This document shows, one piece after another, positions 28,763 to 38,404 of a DNA stretch of 64,000 bases. Each line of letters opens with the position of its first letter. Position 1 is the first letter of the stretch. The stretch is taken from the IMG/VR virus record IMGVR_UViG_3300027969_000046. One strand, given 5' to 3'. Under the pieces are notes generated by a model. It was not told the DNA's origin, searched no databases, and was given only the letters and a program-made list of their open reading frames with translations. The DNA is from a virus. A program made the translations under genes and the position numbers.

Positions 28763-29325
28763 TGGACTATATTAGTTATTGGGATAATGTTCTTACAAAA
28801 GACCAATGTGATGATATCATTCGTAGATTTGAAGAAGCCAAAGACCAACAAGAAGATACCTTACTTGAAGGTCACCGACACTTTACAGAACTCAATATTA
28901 CAAAGAACCTTGAATCATGGGGTGATACACAAAATCTTTTATTAGATAAAATGCAAACTTACTTGGCAAAATACAAAAATGTTTTTGGTATTAACGAAAA
29001 AGTTTGGCCAGATAATCTAGGCTTTGAACATTTTAGAATAAAGAAATATGAACCAAATGATAAAGACGAATTTGCTTTTCATGTGGATGTAGGTGACTAT
29101 GCTTCTGCTCGTAGATTTTTGGTATTCTTTTGGTATCTTAATGATGTAACAGAAGGTGGTGAAACAACCTTTCAACATAGTCCCACAGCACGAATTGAAA
29201 TGTCGGTTAAACCAACTGCTGGTCGTATGCTTGTTTTTCCACCAATGTGGACACACCCACACACAGGAAATAAACCAATTTCAGGACCAAAATATATCAT
29301 TGGTGGCTATTTACACTATCTATGA
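28762..29325 (+). CDS. 2OG-Fe(II) oxygenase (prolyl-4-hydroxylase-like)
   Basis: FHVD, YLNDVTEGGET, HPH.G...KY. Confidence 0.88.
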   Translation: MDYISYWDNVLTKDQCDDIIRRFEEAKDQQEDTLLEGHRHFTELNITKNLESWGDTQNLLLDKMQTYLAKYKNVFGINEKVWPDNLGFEHFRIKKYEPNDKDEFAFHVDVGDYASARRFLVFFWYLNDVTEGGETTFQHSPTARIEMSVKPTAGRMLVFPPMWTHPHTGNKPISGPKYIIGGYLHYL

Positions 29326-29921
29326 AACATAGAACGCTTTACAACAAGCTACATTCATTTGCCCCTAAGTTTGAAGGAGTAAAAACTAGAGGCCAAATAA
29401 TGTGGTGGGTTCGTAAGATGTTATTGCCTTATAATGTTAAAGTCAGTAGATTGATTGATAAAACAAATCAATGTGTTAGTGGTTTAACTATTGGTGGGTT
29501 CTATGACCCATCAGCCGATTATGATGAGAAGGACATTGAAATCTATTTAATGTTCCGTGAAGAACATAGTTGTATTTGGTTTGATTATTTGGATATTGAA
29601 GTAATGATTAATGAAATATTTAAAACATTAGTCCATGAAAAACGCCATCGTTACCAATTCAAACAAAGAGGACTTGCCTATGGGCCAGTTTACCGATTGT
29701 GTAAGAAGATAGAAGATGAAAATTTGGCAAACGAATTAAAATATTATGGTGACGCCGATGAGATAGATGCCTATGCTCAAGAGGCAATCATTGAAGAACG
29801 ACTATATGGACACTCGGATACTAAGGCTAAATATAAGGAACTATTTGACATCCATGATAAAAAGGTGTATAATAGCTTCTTAAAGAAATATTACACATAC
29901 GATAGAAAAGTTACCCTATGA
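29322..29921 (+). CDS. Hypothetical protein with HEXXH motif
   Basis: LVHEKRHRYQ...DEIDAYA. Confidence 0.6.
   Translation: MKHRTLYNKLHSFAPKFEGVKTRGQIMWWVRKMLLPYNVKVSRLIDKTNQCVSGLTIGGFYDPSADYDEKDIEIYLMFREEHSCIWFDYLDIEVMINEIFKTLVHEKRHRYQFKQRGLAYGPVYRLCKKIEDENLANELKYYGDADEIDAYAQEAIIEERLYGHSDTKAKYKELFDIHDKKVYNSFLKKYYTYDRKVTL
29845..29873 (+). promoter_or_regulatory. Consensus sigma70 promoter for DUF4338 paralog 2
   Basis: TTGACA-17 nt-TATAAT, inside the upstream gene. Confidence 0.8.
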
Positions 29922-31030
29922 ATTTGAGTAGAGAACAGGCAAACTATGTTGCCTCGGTGTTTGAAGATTACTTTGGTAACTTCAATCGAATTGATGAGTA
30001 TATGCGTGAGCAGAAACTTAACTCATTGAAAGATTGGCCAGTGGCATTACCAGGATGTGGACCTGAAGAAGATTTGTTTTCAGATTTCAATATGGATCCA
30101 CAAAACATGGAGTTTGATATCGTTGACCTCGAATCACAGAGGTGGCAACAATACTTAGATATCATTTCTTCGCACAATAACCTTACATCACCTGGCCGTA
30201 ATGTTAGACTAGCAGTATTAGAAAAGACGACTCAGAAGTGGGTTGGTTTTATTCGTATCGGTTCTCCAACTATTATGATGAAGCCTCGCAATCAGTTACT
30301 TGATTGTGTTATCACTAATGAAACTGCAACGACCAAATCATTCAATAATGCTTCTGCAATGGGTTTCGTTATCGTACCTGCACAACCATTTGGTTACAAC
30401 TATCTTGGTGGTAAGTTACTTGCTGCTATCTGTTGTTCACATGAAGTCCGTGAAATTCTCAATAAGAAGTATAATATGAATATGTGCTTGTTTGAAACCA
30501 CATCTTTGTATGGCACATCAAAGGCTATCTCACAATATGATGGTATGAAACCATATTTACGATTCAAAGGTGTAACTGAATCAGATTTTCTACCAATGAT
30601 GCACGGTAAACCATATGATGACCTCAAAAATTATGTTGAAGGTATTGTTGGTGAGTTTGTTCCGCCTGATGCCTCTAGCCGTAAGTTAAAGATTAGTACC
30701 ACAATCATTGCTATGACCAAGGCTGCATTGAAACCACATAAAGAAGATTATGATAGGTTCATGGCTACAATCAACAAGGCCAAGTCCCTAACAGAACAGA
30801 AGCGATACTATGTGTCCAACTATGGTATTGCAAACTATAAAGATATTGTTCTTGGAAAAACCTCTGAGATTGTCAAAGATGAGAACTATGATAAACACTA
30901 TTTGGCTAACATTACAGAGTGGTGGAAGAAGAAAGCATCTGCTCGCTTCGTATCATTAAAACAACAGGCCAAGGTCAGGACAGAGATGGAAGTATGGACA
31001 AGTGGCAAAGTCCTTGACATAATCCGTTGA
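29918..31030 (+). CDS. DUF4338/DruA-like protein, probable GNAT/Mom-like fold (paralog 2)
   Basis: PGRNVRLAVLEKTTQKWVGFI, VPAQPFGYNYLGGKLLA, ETTSLYG..SQYDG. Confidence 0.65.
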   Translation: MNLSREQANYVASVFEDYFGNFNRIDEYMREQKLNSLKDWPVALPGCGPEEDLFSDFNMDPQNMEFDIVDLESQRWQQYLDIISSHNNLTSPGRNVRLAVLEKTTQKWVGFIRIGSPTIMMKPRNQLLDCVITNETATTKSFNNASAMGFVIVPAQPFGYNYLGGKLLAAICCSHEVREILNKKYNMNMCLFETTSLYGTSKAISQYDGMKPYLRFKGVTESDFLPMMHGKPYDDLKNYVEGIVGEFVPPDASSRKLKISTTIIAMTKAALKPHKEDYDRFMATINKAKSLTEQKRYYVSNYGIANYKDIVLGKTSEIVKDENYDKHYLANITEWWKKKASARFVSLKQQAKVRTEMEVWTSGKVLDIIR

Positions 31031-31074
31031 TTAAGATAGGATAAATACTCCTAATAAATGAAAGGGGTGTTTTG

Positions 31075-32274
31075 ATGGCAACAAAGACTACGGCTACTGC
31101 GATAGCATTAACGAAAGTTTTAAAAAGTTTGGGAATTAGTGAAAAAGAAAATAAAAATGGTTACTTTACTGCACCAAAGTCCGCAGTTGGTAAAGAATTT
31201 ATTATATTTTTGCCAGAAAAAAATAGAGTTAATGAAACTTATACAAAAAAAACAAGAAAAGATTTTCTTGTAAATGAACTTTTACCACACCTATCTTCAA
31301 AATTTAATGGTGCTAAATATGAATTTGTTGCTAAAAATTCAACAGCCGGTCAGATTTCATTTACAGGTTCTCAAATATACATCATAGCAAAATTAATTGC
31401 TATGAAAGGTGCTGGTGCTAGTAAAGGTGCTGCCTTTGAATATGATTTAGAAAAAGATTTTAACCAACTTATTAAAGGCACCAATAAATTTTTATATCCA
31501 AATTTTATGAAAGAGTTTGAAAAAACTGTTCTTAAAGGCGCTAAGGTTATTTCTGTTGATGTTACTGGTAAAGAAAACACACCAAGACCTTTGAAGTTTG
31601 ATGCTAAAGGAATTTATTGTTCAATGAAAGGTGGTGCAAGAACGACTGACATTGGTGCAGGTTTAGCTGATGTGAAAGTTAAAATTAAACGAGGAAATGT
31701 TGCAGAAACTTTAGACTTGTCTGCAAAATTTGGAACAACAGTTACTTTTTTTAATTCTGGTTTAGGTAGTGGAACTTTTCCACCAGAAGGTGCTTTTCCA
31801 GCTTCAGAATTTAAAAGTGGCAATTTTTCAACAGAATCAGGATTAGCAATTTTAGATTTATTTGGTTTAGATCCTAAAAGATTTAGAGATGTTTTTGTTA
31901 AATATAAAGAAAAATCTGGTGTCATTAAGAAAACGGCCGCTCCTAAACATACTGAAACTGTTTCTATTTCAGGTAAAAGAAAAACAGAATTGCAAGGATT
32001 TTTAAAAACTATTATTGGCCACAATTATTATTTGTGCCATTTAGACGATAGGAAAAATGTTCATTTGTTTGTTATGACCGAAAAGTTTTTAACTGAAGCT
32101 TCAACAATTACTAGCTCAGATTTAACAATTTATTATCCAGTTGGCGGTTCAGCAAAAAGAATTGATATAAAATTAGAAACAAAAATGTATGAATTAAATT
32201 TTAATATCAGAAGTAAAGCTGCTGGTGTAACATACCCTACACACATAATGTGTGATTACAAATTTAAACACTAA
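31075..32274 (+). CDS. AT-rich hypothetical protein, possible PD-(D/E)xK nuclease
   Basis: GAAFE...LADVKV...LSAK arrangement; upstream TTGACA-17 nt-TAGGAT (31014-31042). Confidence 0.5.
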   Translation: MATKTTATAIALTKVLKSLGISEKENKNGYFTAPKSAVGKEFIIFLPEKNRVNETYTKKTRKDFLVNELLPHLSSKFNGAKYEFVAKNSTAGQISFTGSQIYIIAKLIAMKGAGASKGAAFEYDLEKDFNQLIKGTNKFLYPNFMKEFEKTVLKGAKVISVDVTGKENTPRPLKFDAKGIYCSMKGGARTTDIGAGLADVKVKIKRGNVAETLDLSAKFGTTVTFFNSGLGSGTFPPEGAFPASEFKSGNFSTESGLAILDLFGLDPKRFRDVFVKYKEKSGVIKKTAAPKHTETVSISGKRKTELQGFLKTIIGHNYYLCHLDDRKNVHLFVMTEKFLTEASTITSSDLTIYYPVGGSAKRIDIKLETKMYELNFNIRSKAAGVTYPTHIMCDYKFKH

Positions 32275-32275
32275 A

Positions 32276-33505
32276 ATGAACTTCACACAATATTTAACAG
32301 AAAGTAAAGAAGGCAAGAACCTTCACCTAGAACATATCGAAGATGAGATGTTGAATCGTGGTGTAGCGGGGGCTCGTGAATCAATTAATTTTCTCCGTTC
32401 ACTCAGAGATATGCTCGCTGGTCATTCACAATCTCATGTTAATGTAACAACAAAATGGGACGGTGCACCTGCGGTGTTTGCTGGTATTAATCCAGAGAAT
32501 GGTAAATTCTTTGTTGGTACTAAAGGTGTATTCAATGCAACACCTAAGTTAAACTACACAGATGCTGACATTGACAAGAATCATCCTGGCGAAGGTCTTA
32601 ATGCCAAATTAAAAGTTGCATTACGCTATTTACCAAAACTTGGTATCAAAGGTGTGTTGCAAGGCGATATGATGTTTGCAAAAGGTGATATAAAAGACCA
32701 AACAATTGATGGTGAAGATTATATTACTTTTCAACCAAATACTATTGTGTATGCCGTTCCTGCTGATTCAAAGTTAGCTAAATCAATGACAGCTGCACAG
32801 ATGGGTATTGTGTTTCATACATCATATACAGGTAAAACCATATCTGATATGAAGGCTTCATTCAACATTGATATTGGTAAGTTATCTACAACCAAAGATG
32901 TTTGGTTCCGTGATGCTTCATTTGTTGATGCTTCTGGTACTGCCACATTTACAGAAGCAGAAACCAAAGAACTTACTGGTATTCTATCTCAAGCAGGTTC
33001 ATTGTTTCAACAGATTAATCCAATGGCATTGAATCGTATTTCTGCCAATGACACCATTCTCACACAGATTAAAACCTTCTATAACAGTAAAGTCCGTTCT
33101 GGTGAAAAGATTAAGAATACATTACAACATACAAATGAATTGATTAGAACTATTGAAGCCAAATTAAACAAAGAAGTTCTTGAAGCTAAATTAGAAAAGA
33201 CTAAAAAAGAAAGAATTGCAAAGAAGAATGAAATTATGCGGTTCTATCGTAGTAATGCCAATGAATTGAAAAAGATATTTGATTTACAGAATCTAATTGT
33301 TGATGCCAAATTAATGATTGTTGGTAAACTACAAAATCTAAAACAACTTACTGGAACATTCATTAAAACTGAAGATGGTTTCCGTATTACTGCACCAGAG
33401 GGATTTGTGGCAGTAGATAGATTGAAAGGTAATGCCATGAAATTGATTGACCGATTTGTATTCGCACATGATAACTTTAACGCACAAAAGAATTGGGACA
33501 AATAA
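32276..33505 (+). CDS. Conserved T4-like protein with ligase-type nucleotidyltransferase motifs
   Basis: TTKWDGAP (KxDG), LQGD, PEGFV, MKLI; N-terminus MNFTQYLTE. Confidence 0.6.
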   Translation: MNFTQYLTESKEGKNLHLEHIEDEMLNRGVAGARESINFLRSLRDMLAGHSQSHVNVTTKWDGAPAVFAGINPENGKFFVGTKGVFNATPKLNYTDADIDKNHPGEGLNAKLKVALRYLPKLGIKGVLQGDMMFAKGDIKDQTIDGEDYITFQPNTIVYAVPADSKLAKSMTAAQMGIVFHTSYTGKTISDMKASFNIDIGKLSTTKDVWFRDASFVDASGTATFTEAETKELTGILSQAGSLFQQINPMALNRISANDTILTQIKTFYNSKVRSGEKIKNTLQHTNELIRTIEAKLNKEVLEAKLEKTKKERIAKKNEIMRFYRSNANELKKIFDLQNLIVDAKLMIVGKLQNLKQLTGTFIKTEDGFRITAPEGFVAVDRLKGNAMKLIDRFVFAHDNFNAQKNWDK

Positions 33506-33786
33506 TGGCCGAAATTAAATATGACCTAACCGCAATTATGAAAGAGTATGGTGATGATGATTTTGGATTCACCGCTACTGATGAAGAAGAATATAATGCT
33601 GTTATTGCAGAAAAAGATGATACAGTAGAAGAATACAGAGCAAGATTGGAAGAAGTTGAGAAGTTAGTATTGCCGTTTTTAACCAAACTATTAAAGACAG
33701 CCGACCAACCAATCATCAAATGGCCTAATCGTAAACCTATTCTCGAAGCACAGATTCAAAAGATTTTAAATCTTACAAGAGGATAA
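33505..33786 (+). CDS. Hypothetical protein
   Basis: DDFGFT...IKWPNR; coupled. Confidence 0.65.
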   Translation: MAEIKYDLTAIMKEYGDDDFGFTATDEEEYNAVIAEKDDTVEEYRARLEEVEKLVLPFLTKLLKTADQPIIKWPNRKPILEAQIQKILNLTRG

Positions 33787-33787
33787 A

Positions 33788-34144
33788 ATGTCAGTCCAAA
33801 GAATGATTTGGGTTAGAAACCTTTTAGAACAATTAGATGAAGCCTCATATGCAGGCAACATTGGTATGATGGAACTGGTAAAGTTTCATTCAAAGGCTTC
33901 TCCTAAAGACAAAAGTATGTTACAATCACATATTAAGAATAAGAAACATAAAGAAGCATGGAAGTTAGTCCAAGATGTAACTGGCGTGAAACTACATAAG
34001 AGTGTGCGTGAAGAAGTTAAGCCTGATATTCTGTCTAAAGCAGGTGCAGGCCAATGGGGTACCGATGGTTTGGCAAATACTTACAAGAATGATACGCCAG
34101 GTCAAAACATTACCAAGTTTAAGGACTTTAAGCGACATAAGTAA
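33788..34144 (+). CDS. Hypothetical protein
   Basis: RBS GAGG; LDEASY motif. Confidence 0.6.
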   Translation: MSVQRMIWVRNLLEQLDEASYAGNIGMMELVKFHSKASPKDKSMLQSHIKNKKHKEAWKLVQDVTGVKLHKSVREEVKPDILSKAGAGQWGTDGLANTYKNDTPGQNITKFKDFKRHK

Positions 34145-34167
34145 TATATTAACTGATTGGAAATATT

Positions 34168-35013
34168 ATGAAAGATTTAGTGATTGGATGTACCACAAAT
34201 TATGATTGGAGTAAACTGAAGTATTGGGTTAACTCCATCAATAAATCAGGTTTTCAAGGCGAGAAAGTTATGGTCGCCTTTAACATTGATTATGAAACCA
34301 TTGAAAAATTATCTCAAGCTGGTTTTCAGGTTATTTTGCCTGGAAAACCGAACGAACAAGCACAGCGATATGAATATCAATCATCGTTGCCTGTCCATGT
34401 AGAACGCTTTGTTCACATCTACAATTACCTACAATCACACGACAACTATCGGTTTGTTATTACAACCGATGTTAAAGATGTAGTATTCCAAAAAGACCCT
34501 ACTAAGTTTCTTGGCATGGAATTGCCAGGTGCTAAGTTGATGTTTGCTTCCGAATCTATGAAGTATAAAGATGAGCCATGGGGCAATCAGAACTTAATGG
34601 AAACATTTGGTCCCTTTTTCCATGAAAGATTCAAAGACAATATCATCTACAATGTAGGCGTTTTGGCAGGTCGTGGCGATGCGATGAGAGATTTATGTGC
34701 GATGATATTCGTTATGTCTGTTAATCGACCTATCCCAATCGTAGACCAGTCCACATTTAACTTTATGATTTCACAAGAGCCATATAAATCTGTTGCAAGA
34801 TATATGACCTCTGAAGAAGGTTGGGCTTGCCAACTAGGCACTACTGCCGATCCAAGTAAACTTGAACAGTTTAAACCTTTTTTGCTTGAACCCTCACCGA
34901 TTATGGTTGACGGCGAAGTTGCAACTTCAGCAGGAAAAGCCTTTACAATTGTTCATCAATATGATAGAGTACCAGAATGGAAAAAGGTTATAGAGGAAAA
35001 ATATAATGACTAA
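34168..35013 (+). CDS. Glycosyltransferase-like protein
   Basis: TTDVKDVVFQ, NVGVLAG, DQSTFN, HQYDR. Confidence 0.7.
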   Translation: MKDLVIGCTTNYDWSKLKYWVNSINKSGFQGEKVMVAFNIDYETIEKLSQAGFQVILPGKPNEQAQRYEYQSSLPVHVERFVHIYNYLQSHDNYRFVITTDVKDVVFQKDPTKFLGMELPGAKLMFASESMKYKDEPWGNQNLMETFGPFFHERFKDNIIYNVGVLAGRGDAMRDLCAMIFVMSVNRPIPIVDQSTFNFMISQEPYKSVARYMTSEEGWACQLGTTADPSKLEQFKPFLLEPSPIMVDGEVATSAGKAFTIVHQYDRVPEWKKVIEEKYND

Positions 35014-36034
35014 AAGAGTATTAATTACAGGCGGTGCAGGTTTTATCGCCCACCACCTGATTGAAACAATCCTTGATAATACAGATTGGACAATCGTATC
35101 GCTTGACCGACTTGACTTTTCAGGCAATCTAAATCGCCTTGAAGATATTATGAAGAAGTATTCACCTGAGCAGAAGAAGCGAGTTGAGATTGTATTCCAT
35201 GATTTACGAGCTGAAGTAAACCCACAGACTGCTGGTCTAATTGGTGATTGTCAGTTAGTATTGCACCTTGCAGCTGGTTCTCATGTTGACCGCTCAATCG
35301 AATTCCCTATGGAGTTTGTGCAAGACAATGTAATTGGTACAGTTAATCTGTTACAGTTTGCTCGCACACTAAAGAACTTAGAAAAGTTTGTTTACTTCTC
35401 AACAGATGAAGTATTTGGTCCCGCACCTGAAGGTGTTGACTACAAAGAAAGAGACCGCTACAATGCTACGAATCCATATTCAGCATCTAAGGCGGCAGGT
35501 GAAGAAATGTGTGTTGCATTTGAAAACACATACAATATGCCAATCATCGTTACTCATACAATGAATGTGTTTGGTGAACGCCAACATCCTGAAAAGTTTA
35601 TTCCTAAGGCCATTCGGTATGCTCGTGATGGTTTAACACTTACTATCCATTCAGACAGAAACAAAACAAAGGCAGGTTCACGCCACTATGTTCATGCTAA
35701 AGATGTTGCAGATGGTTTGATGTTTATTCTTAATCTGCCTGAAGATTATGCTCGCATTCCTGATTTTGGTGGTGCGAAGATTCCTAAGTTTAACATTGTT
35801 GGTCCCGATGAAGTAGATAACTTAGAGTTGGCTAAACTAATTGCAGAAGCACAAAATAAGGAACTCAAATATGAAATGGTTGACTTTCATTCATCCAGAC
35901 CTGGCCACGATTTACGTTACGCTCTTTCTGGTGATTATATGGCATCTCTAGGATGGAAACCAAAGATTTCGTTGCGTGAACGAATCAAAGGTATGGTTCA
36001 ATGGTCATTAGAAAATGATAAGTGGCTAAAATGA
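35006..36034 (+). CDS. rfbB: NDP-glucose 4,6-dehydratase (RmlB/RfbB-like)
   Basis: GGAGFI, HLAAGSHVDRS, STDEVFG, YSASK, RPGHDLRY. Confidence 0.9.
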   Translation: MTKRVLITGGAGFIAHHLIETILDNTDWTIVSLDRLDFSGNLNRLEDIMKKYSPEQKKRVEIVFHDLRAEVNPQTAGLIGDCQLVLHLAAGSHVDRSIEFPMEFVQDNVIGTVNLLQFARTLKNLEKFVYFSTDEVFGPAPEGVDYKERDRYNATNPYSASKAAGEEMCVAFENTYNMPIIVTHTMNVFGERQHPEKFIPKAIRYARDGLTLTIHSDRNKTKAGSRHYVHAKDVADGLMFILNLPEDYARIPDFGGAKIPKFNIVGPDEVDNLELAKLIAEAQNKELKYEMVDFHSSRPGHDLRYALSGDYMASLGWKPKISLRERIKGMVQWSLENDKWLK

Positions 36035-36735
36035 AAATAGCACTCTGTTTATCAGGACAACCTCGTAGTGTAAAACAAGGCTACGAGTTTGTTAAGAAGA
36101 ACATTTTGGACGGTAACGATGTTACCGTTTTTTGCCAAGTTTGGGAAGCAGATGGTGCAGAAGATTTAAACCTTTATAAGCCAGAAGTTGTGTTTATGGA
36201 GAAATCATTAAACACCGACCTATCAAAATACACCAATGTTCCGCCACCGCAACCAAACTGGAAAGTAAAAGACCCAGCTCGTTCCACTTGGAATCAGTTG
36301 TATGCTCTTAAAGTAGCAAACACACTTAAATCGGTGTATGAACAGAATGAAAATATGAAATTTGATTGGGTCATTCGTAGTCGTTATGACTTTGCAATCA
36401 ATGTTAAGATTCCATTTGCAGAACTAGATAATAGTAAACTGTATATTCCAAATTGCAGGCAAGTTCCTAATCGTGATTTTGGTAATGACCAGTTTGCCTT
36501 TTCATCTTCAGAAAACATGGACAAGTATGCTGACACATACACACACTTAGATAGATTCTATGATAGTGGCATACAGATGATGTGTGAAGATATGATGAGT
36601 GCTAATTGGAAAGAAAAAGGCCTTGTTGGTGAAAACTTGGTGTATTGTAACATCAATCATCCATTTCCACCTGGTGCTTACAATGGCACATGGCACAGTT
36701 TAATTCGTGAGGACTTTGAGCAATGGCTGCGTTAA
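36031..36735 (+). CDS. Putative glycosyltransferase-like protein
   Basis: KIALCLSGQPR, DWVIRSRYD, NDQFAF; cluster context. Confidence 0.55.
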   Translation: MKIALCLSGQPRSVKQGYEFVKKNILDGNDVTVFCQVWEADGAEDLNLYKPEVVFMEKSLNTDLSKYTNVPPPQPNWKVKDPARSTWNQLYALKVANTLKSVYEQNENMKFDWVIRSRYDFAINVKIPFAELDNSKLYIPNCRQVPNRDFGNDQFAFSSSENMDKYADTYTHLDRFYDSGIQMMCEDMMSANWKEKGLVGENLVYCNINHPFPPGAYNGTWHSLIREDFEQWLR

Positions 36736-37445
36736 TAGTTTGTATGGCTGGTTTGAACACCAGATTCCATGATGTGGGTTTTGATATACCAAAGTATCTA
36801 TTACCTTGGGGTGAAGAAACAATCATCCATGAAATTCTTAAACAATTAGGTAAGTTTGATGAGGTCTTGTTGTTGGCTAATAAGCGTGATGCTTATTTTA
36901 TGCCTGATTTGGTAAAGACTATTGAACCACTTGGTCTCACTAAAGATAACATTCATTACATTGGTGATACAAGTGGTCAAGCACACACCGCATACATTGG
37001 TGCTTCATTATTGAAAGACAGATTTCAACCATTCTTTGTTCATAATGCTGATACACTATTGGTTGGTAGAAATTTCAAAGATATTGAATCTGTAATGTCT
37101 GATGGTTATGTTGATGTGTTTGTTGCCAACAATCCAAAATACTCTTATGTTAGGTCAAAAGATGGTATTGTGACTGAGATTGTTGAAAAGTCTGCTATCT
37201 CACCATTCGCAAGTTCTGGTTTGTATGGTTTTTATAGTGCTGAATTGTATCAACAAATGTATGAGGCACTATCACAAGGCTTTACTGGTAAAGAAATGTA
37301 TATTGCTAATGTGTTAGATTACATGATAAAGAATAATAAGTTTGTTGGTCTAAATGAATTGAACAATGAATATGAAACAATAGTTCTTGGTAGTCCACAA
37401 GAATATGGACTTGAATTGGCTAAAAAGAGTTTAAAGTTAAGATGA
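36723..37445 (+). CDS. Sugar-phosphate nucleotidyltransferase
   Basis: MAGLNTRF...PKYLL, NADT, VEK. Confidence 0.8.
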   Translation: MAALIVCMAGLNTRFHDVGFDIPKYLLPWGEETIIHEILKQLGKFDEVLLLANKRDAYFMPDLVKTIEPLGLTKDNIHYIGDTSGQAHTAYIGASLLKDRFQPFFVHNADTLLVGRNFKDIESVMSDGYVDVFVANNPKYSYVRSKDGIVTEIVEKSAISPFASSGLYGFYSAELYQQMYEALSQGFTGKEMYIANVLDYMIKNNKFVGLNELNNEYETIVLGSPQEYGLELAKKSLKLR

Positions 37446-38404
37446 AGATTACTAAGTTAAAAGGTGGTTCTTTAAGTAGCACATCTTTGTATGAAGATGG
37501 TAATAACAAATTCATTCGTAAAGCTATTAGCACAAAAGATAACCGAGAGTATGGTTATGTTCGTTGGTATTCTCAGTTAAAGAAACTACAACGATTTGCT
37601 GGAACAGGTTTATACCCTAAAGTTTTAAAAGTTGGCACCACAGATAATGGTGCATACTTTGATATTGAATATCTCAAAGGTTATAGAGATATTAAAACTA
37701 TCCTTTCAGAAGATACTTTAACTGTTCCACAAATTGAACAGATTAATGAGGCTGTCTGGCGGTCTTTTGATAATCACCATCGTAAAATGTATTTGCCAGT
37801 TAATGGTGCAGGTGCATTGTATTTCAAAGAAGAAGTTATACAGAAACTATCCGATGCCTTTAAATATCAGAAGTTTTACAATTTCTATGAATCTGGTTTA
37901 TTGGATTCTTTTGAATACAATGGTCGTATCACACATGGCATTCAAAACTTTTTACCAGAACTAAAAAACTTCTTTGATGAACTTAATTTCACCACAGAAG
38001 AAACCATTCATGGTAATCCAACGCTTGAGAATATGATGTATTCTTTTGATGATGATAGAGTAGTTTTTATTGACCCATATGAAGAAAGTTGTATTGATTC
38101 TCGCCTCTTAGATTATTCACAAGTGTTACAATGTTCAAGAAGTTATTATGGTCACATAAATGATAATGAAGTAACAGTAGATGGCCCATCTGTTGGATAT
38201 CATGGTGAGATACCAAATAATTTTATCGTATTCAATAAACGATTTGAAGATAGAATTGACCCAGCGGATAGAAAAACTGTTGATGTATTAGAGGCAACAC
38301 AATTCATTCGTATGTTACCATTCAAGTGTGCAGCTGGTGAGATGGAGAAGGCGATGTTCTTCTATGTTCATGCTTGCCACCTATTAAGTAGAGCTTTCAA
38401 ATAA
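37442..38404 (+). CDS. APH/choline-kinase-like phosphotransferase
   Basis: GGSLS, IRK, HGNPTLEN, FIDP. Confidence 0.75.
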   Translation: MKITKLKGGSLSSTSLYEDGNNKFIRKAISTKDNREYGYVRWYSQLKKLQRFAGTGLYPKVLKVGTTDNGAYFDIEYLKGYRDIKTILSEDTLTVPQIEQINEAVWRSFDNHHRKMYLPVNGAGALYFKEEVIQKLSDAFKYQKFYNFYESGLLDSFEYNGRITHGIQNFLPELKNFFDELNFTTEETIHGNPTLENMMYSFDDDRVVFIDPYEESCIDSRLLDYSQVLQCSRSYYGHINDNEVTVDGPSVGYHGEIPNNFIVFNKRFEDRIDPADRKTVDVLEATQFIRMLPFKCAAGEMEKAMFFYVHACHLLSRAFK

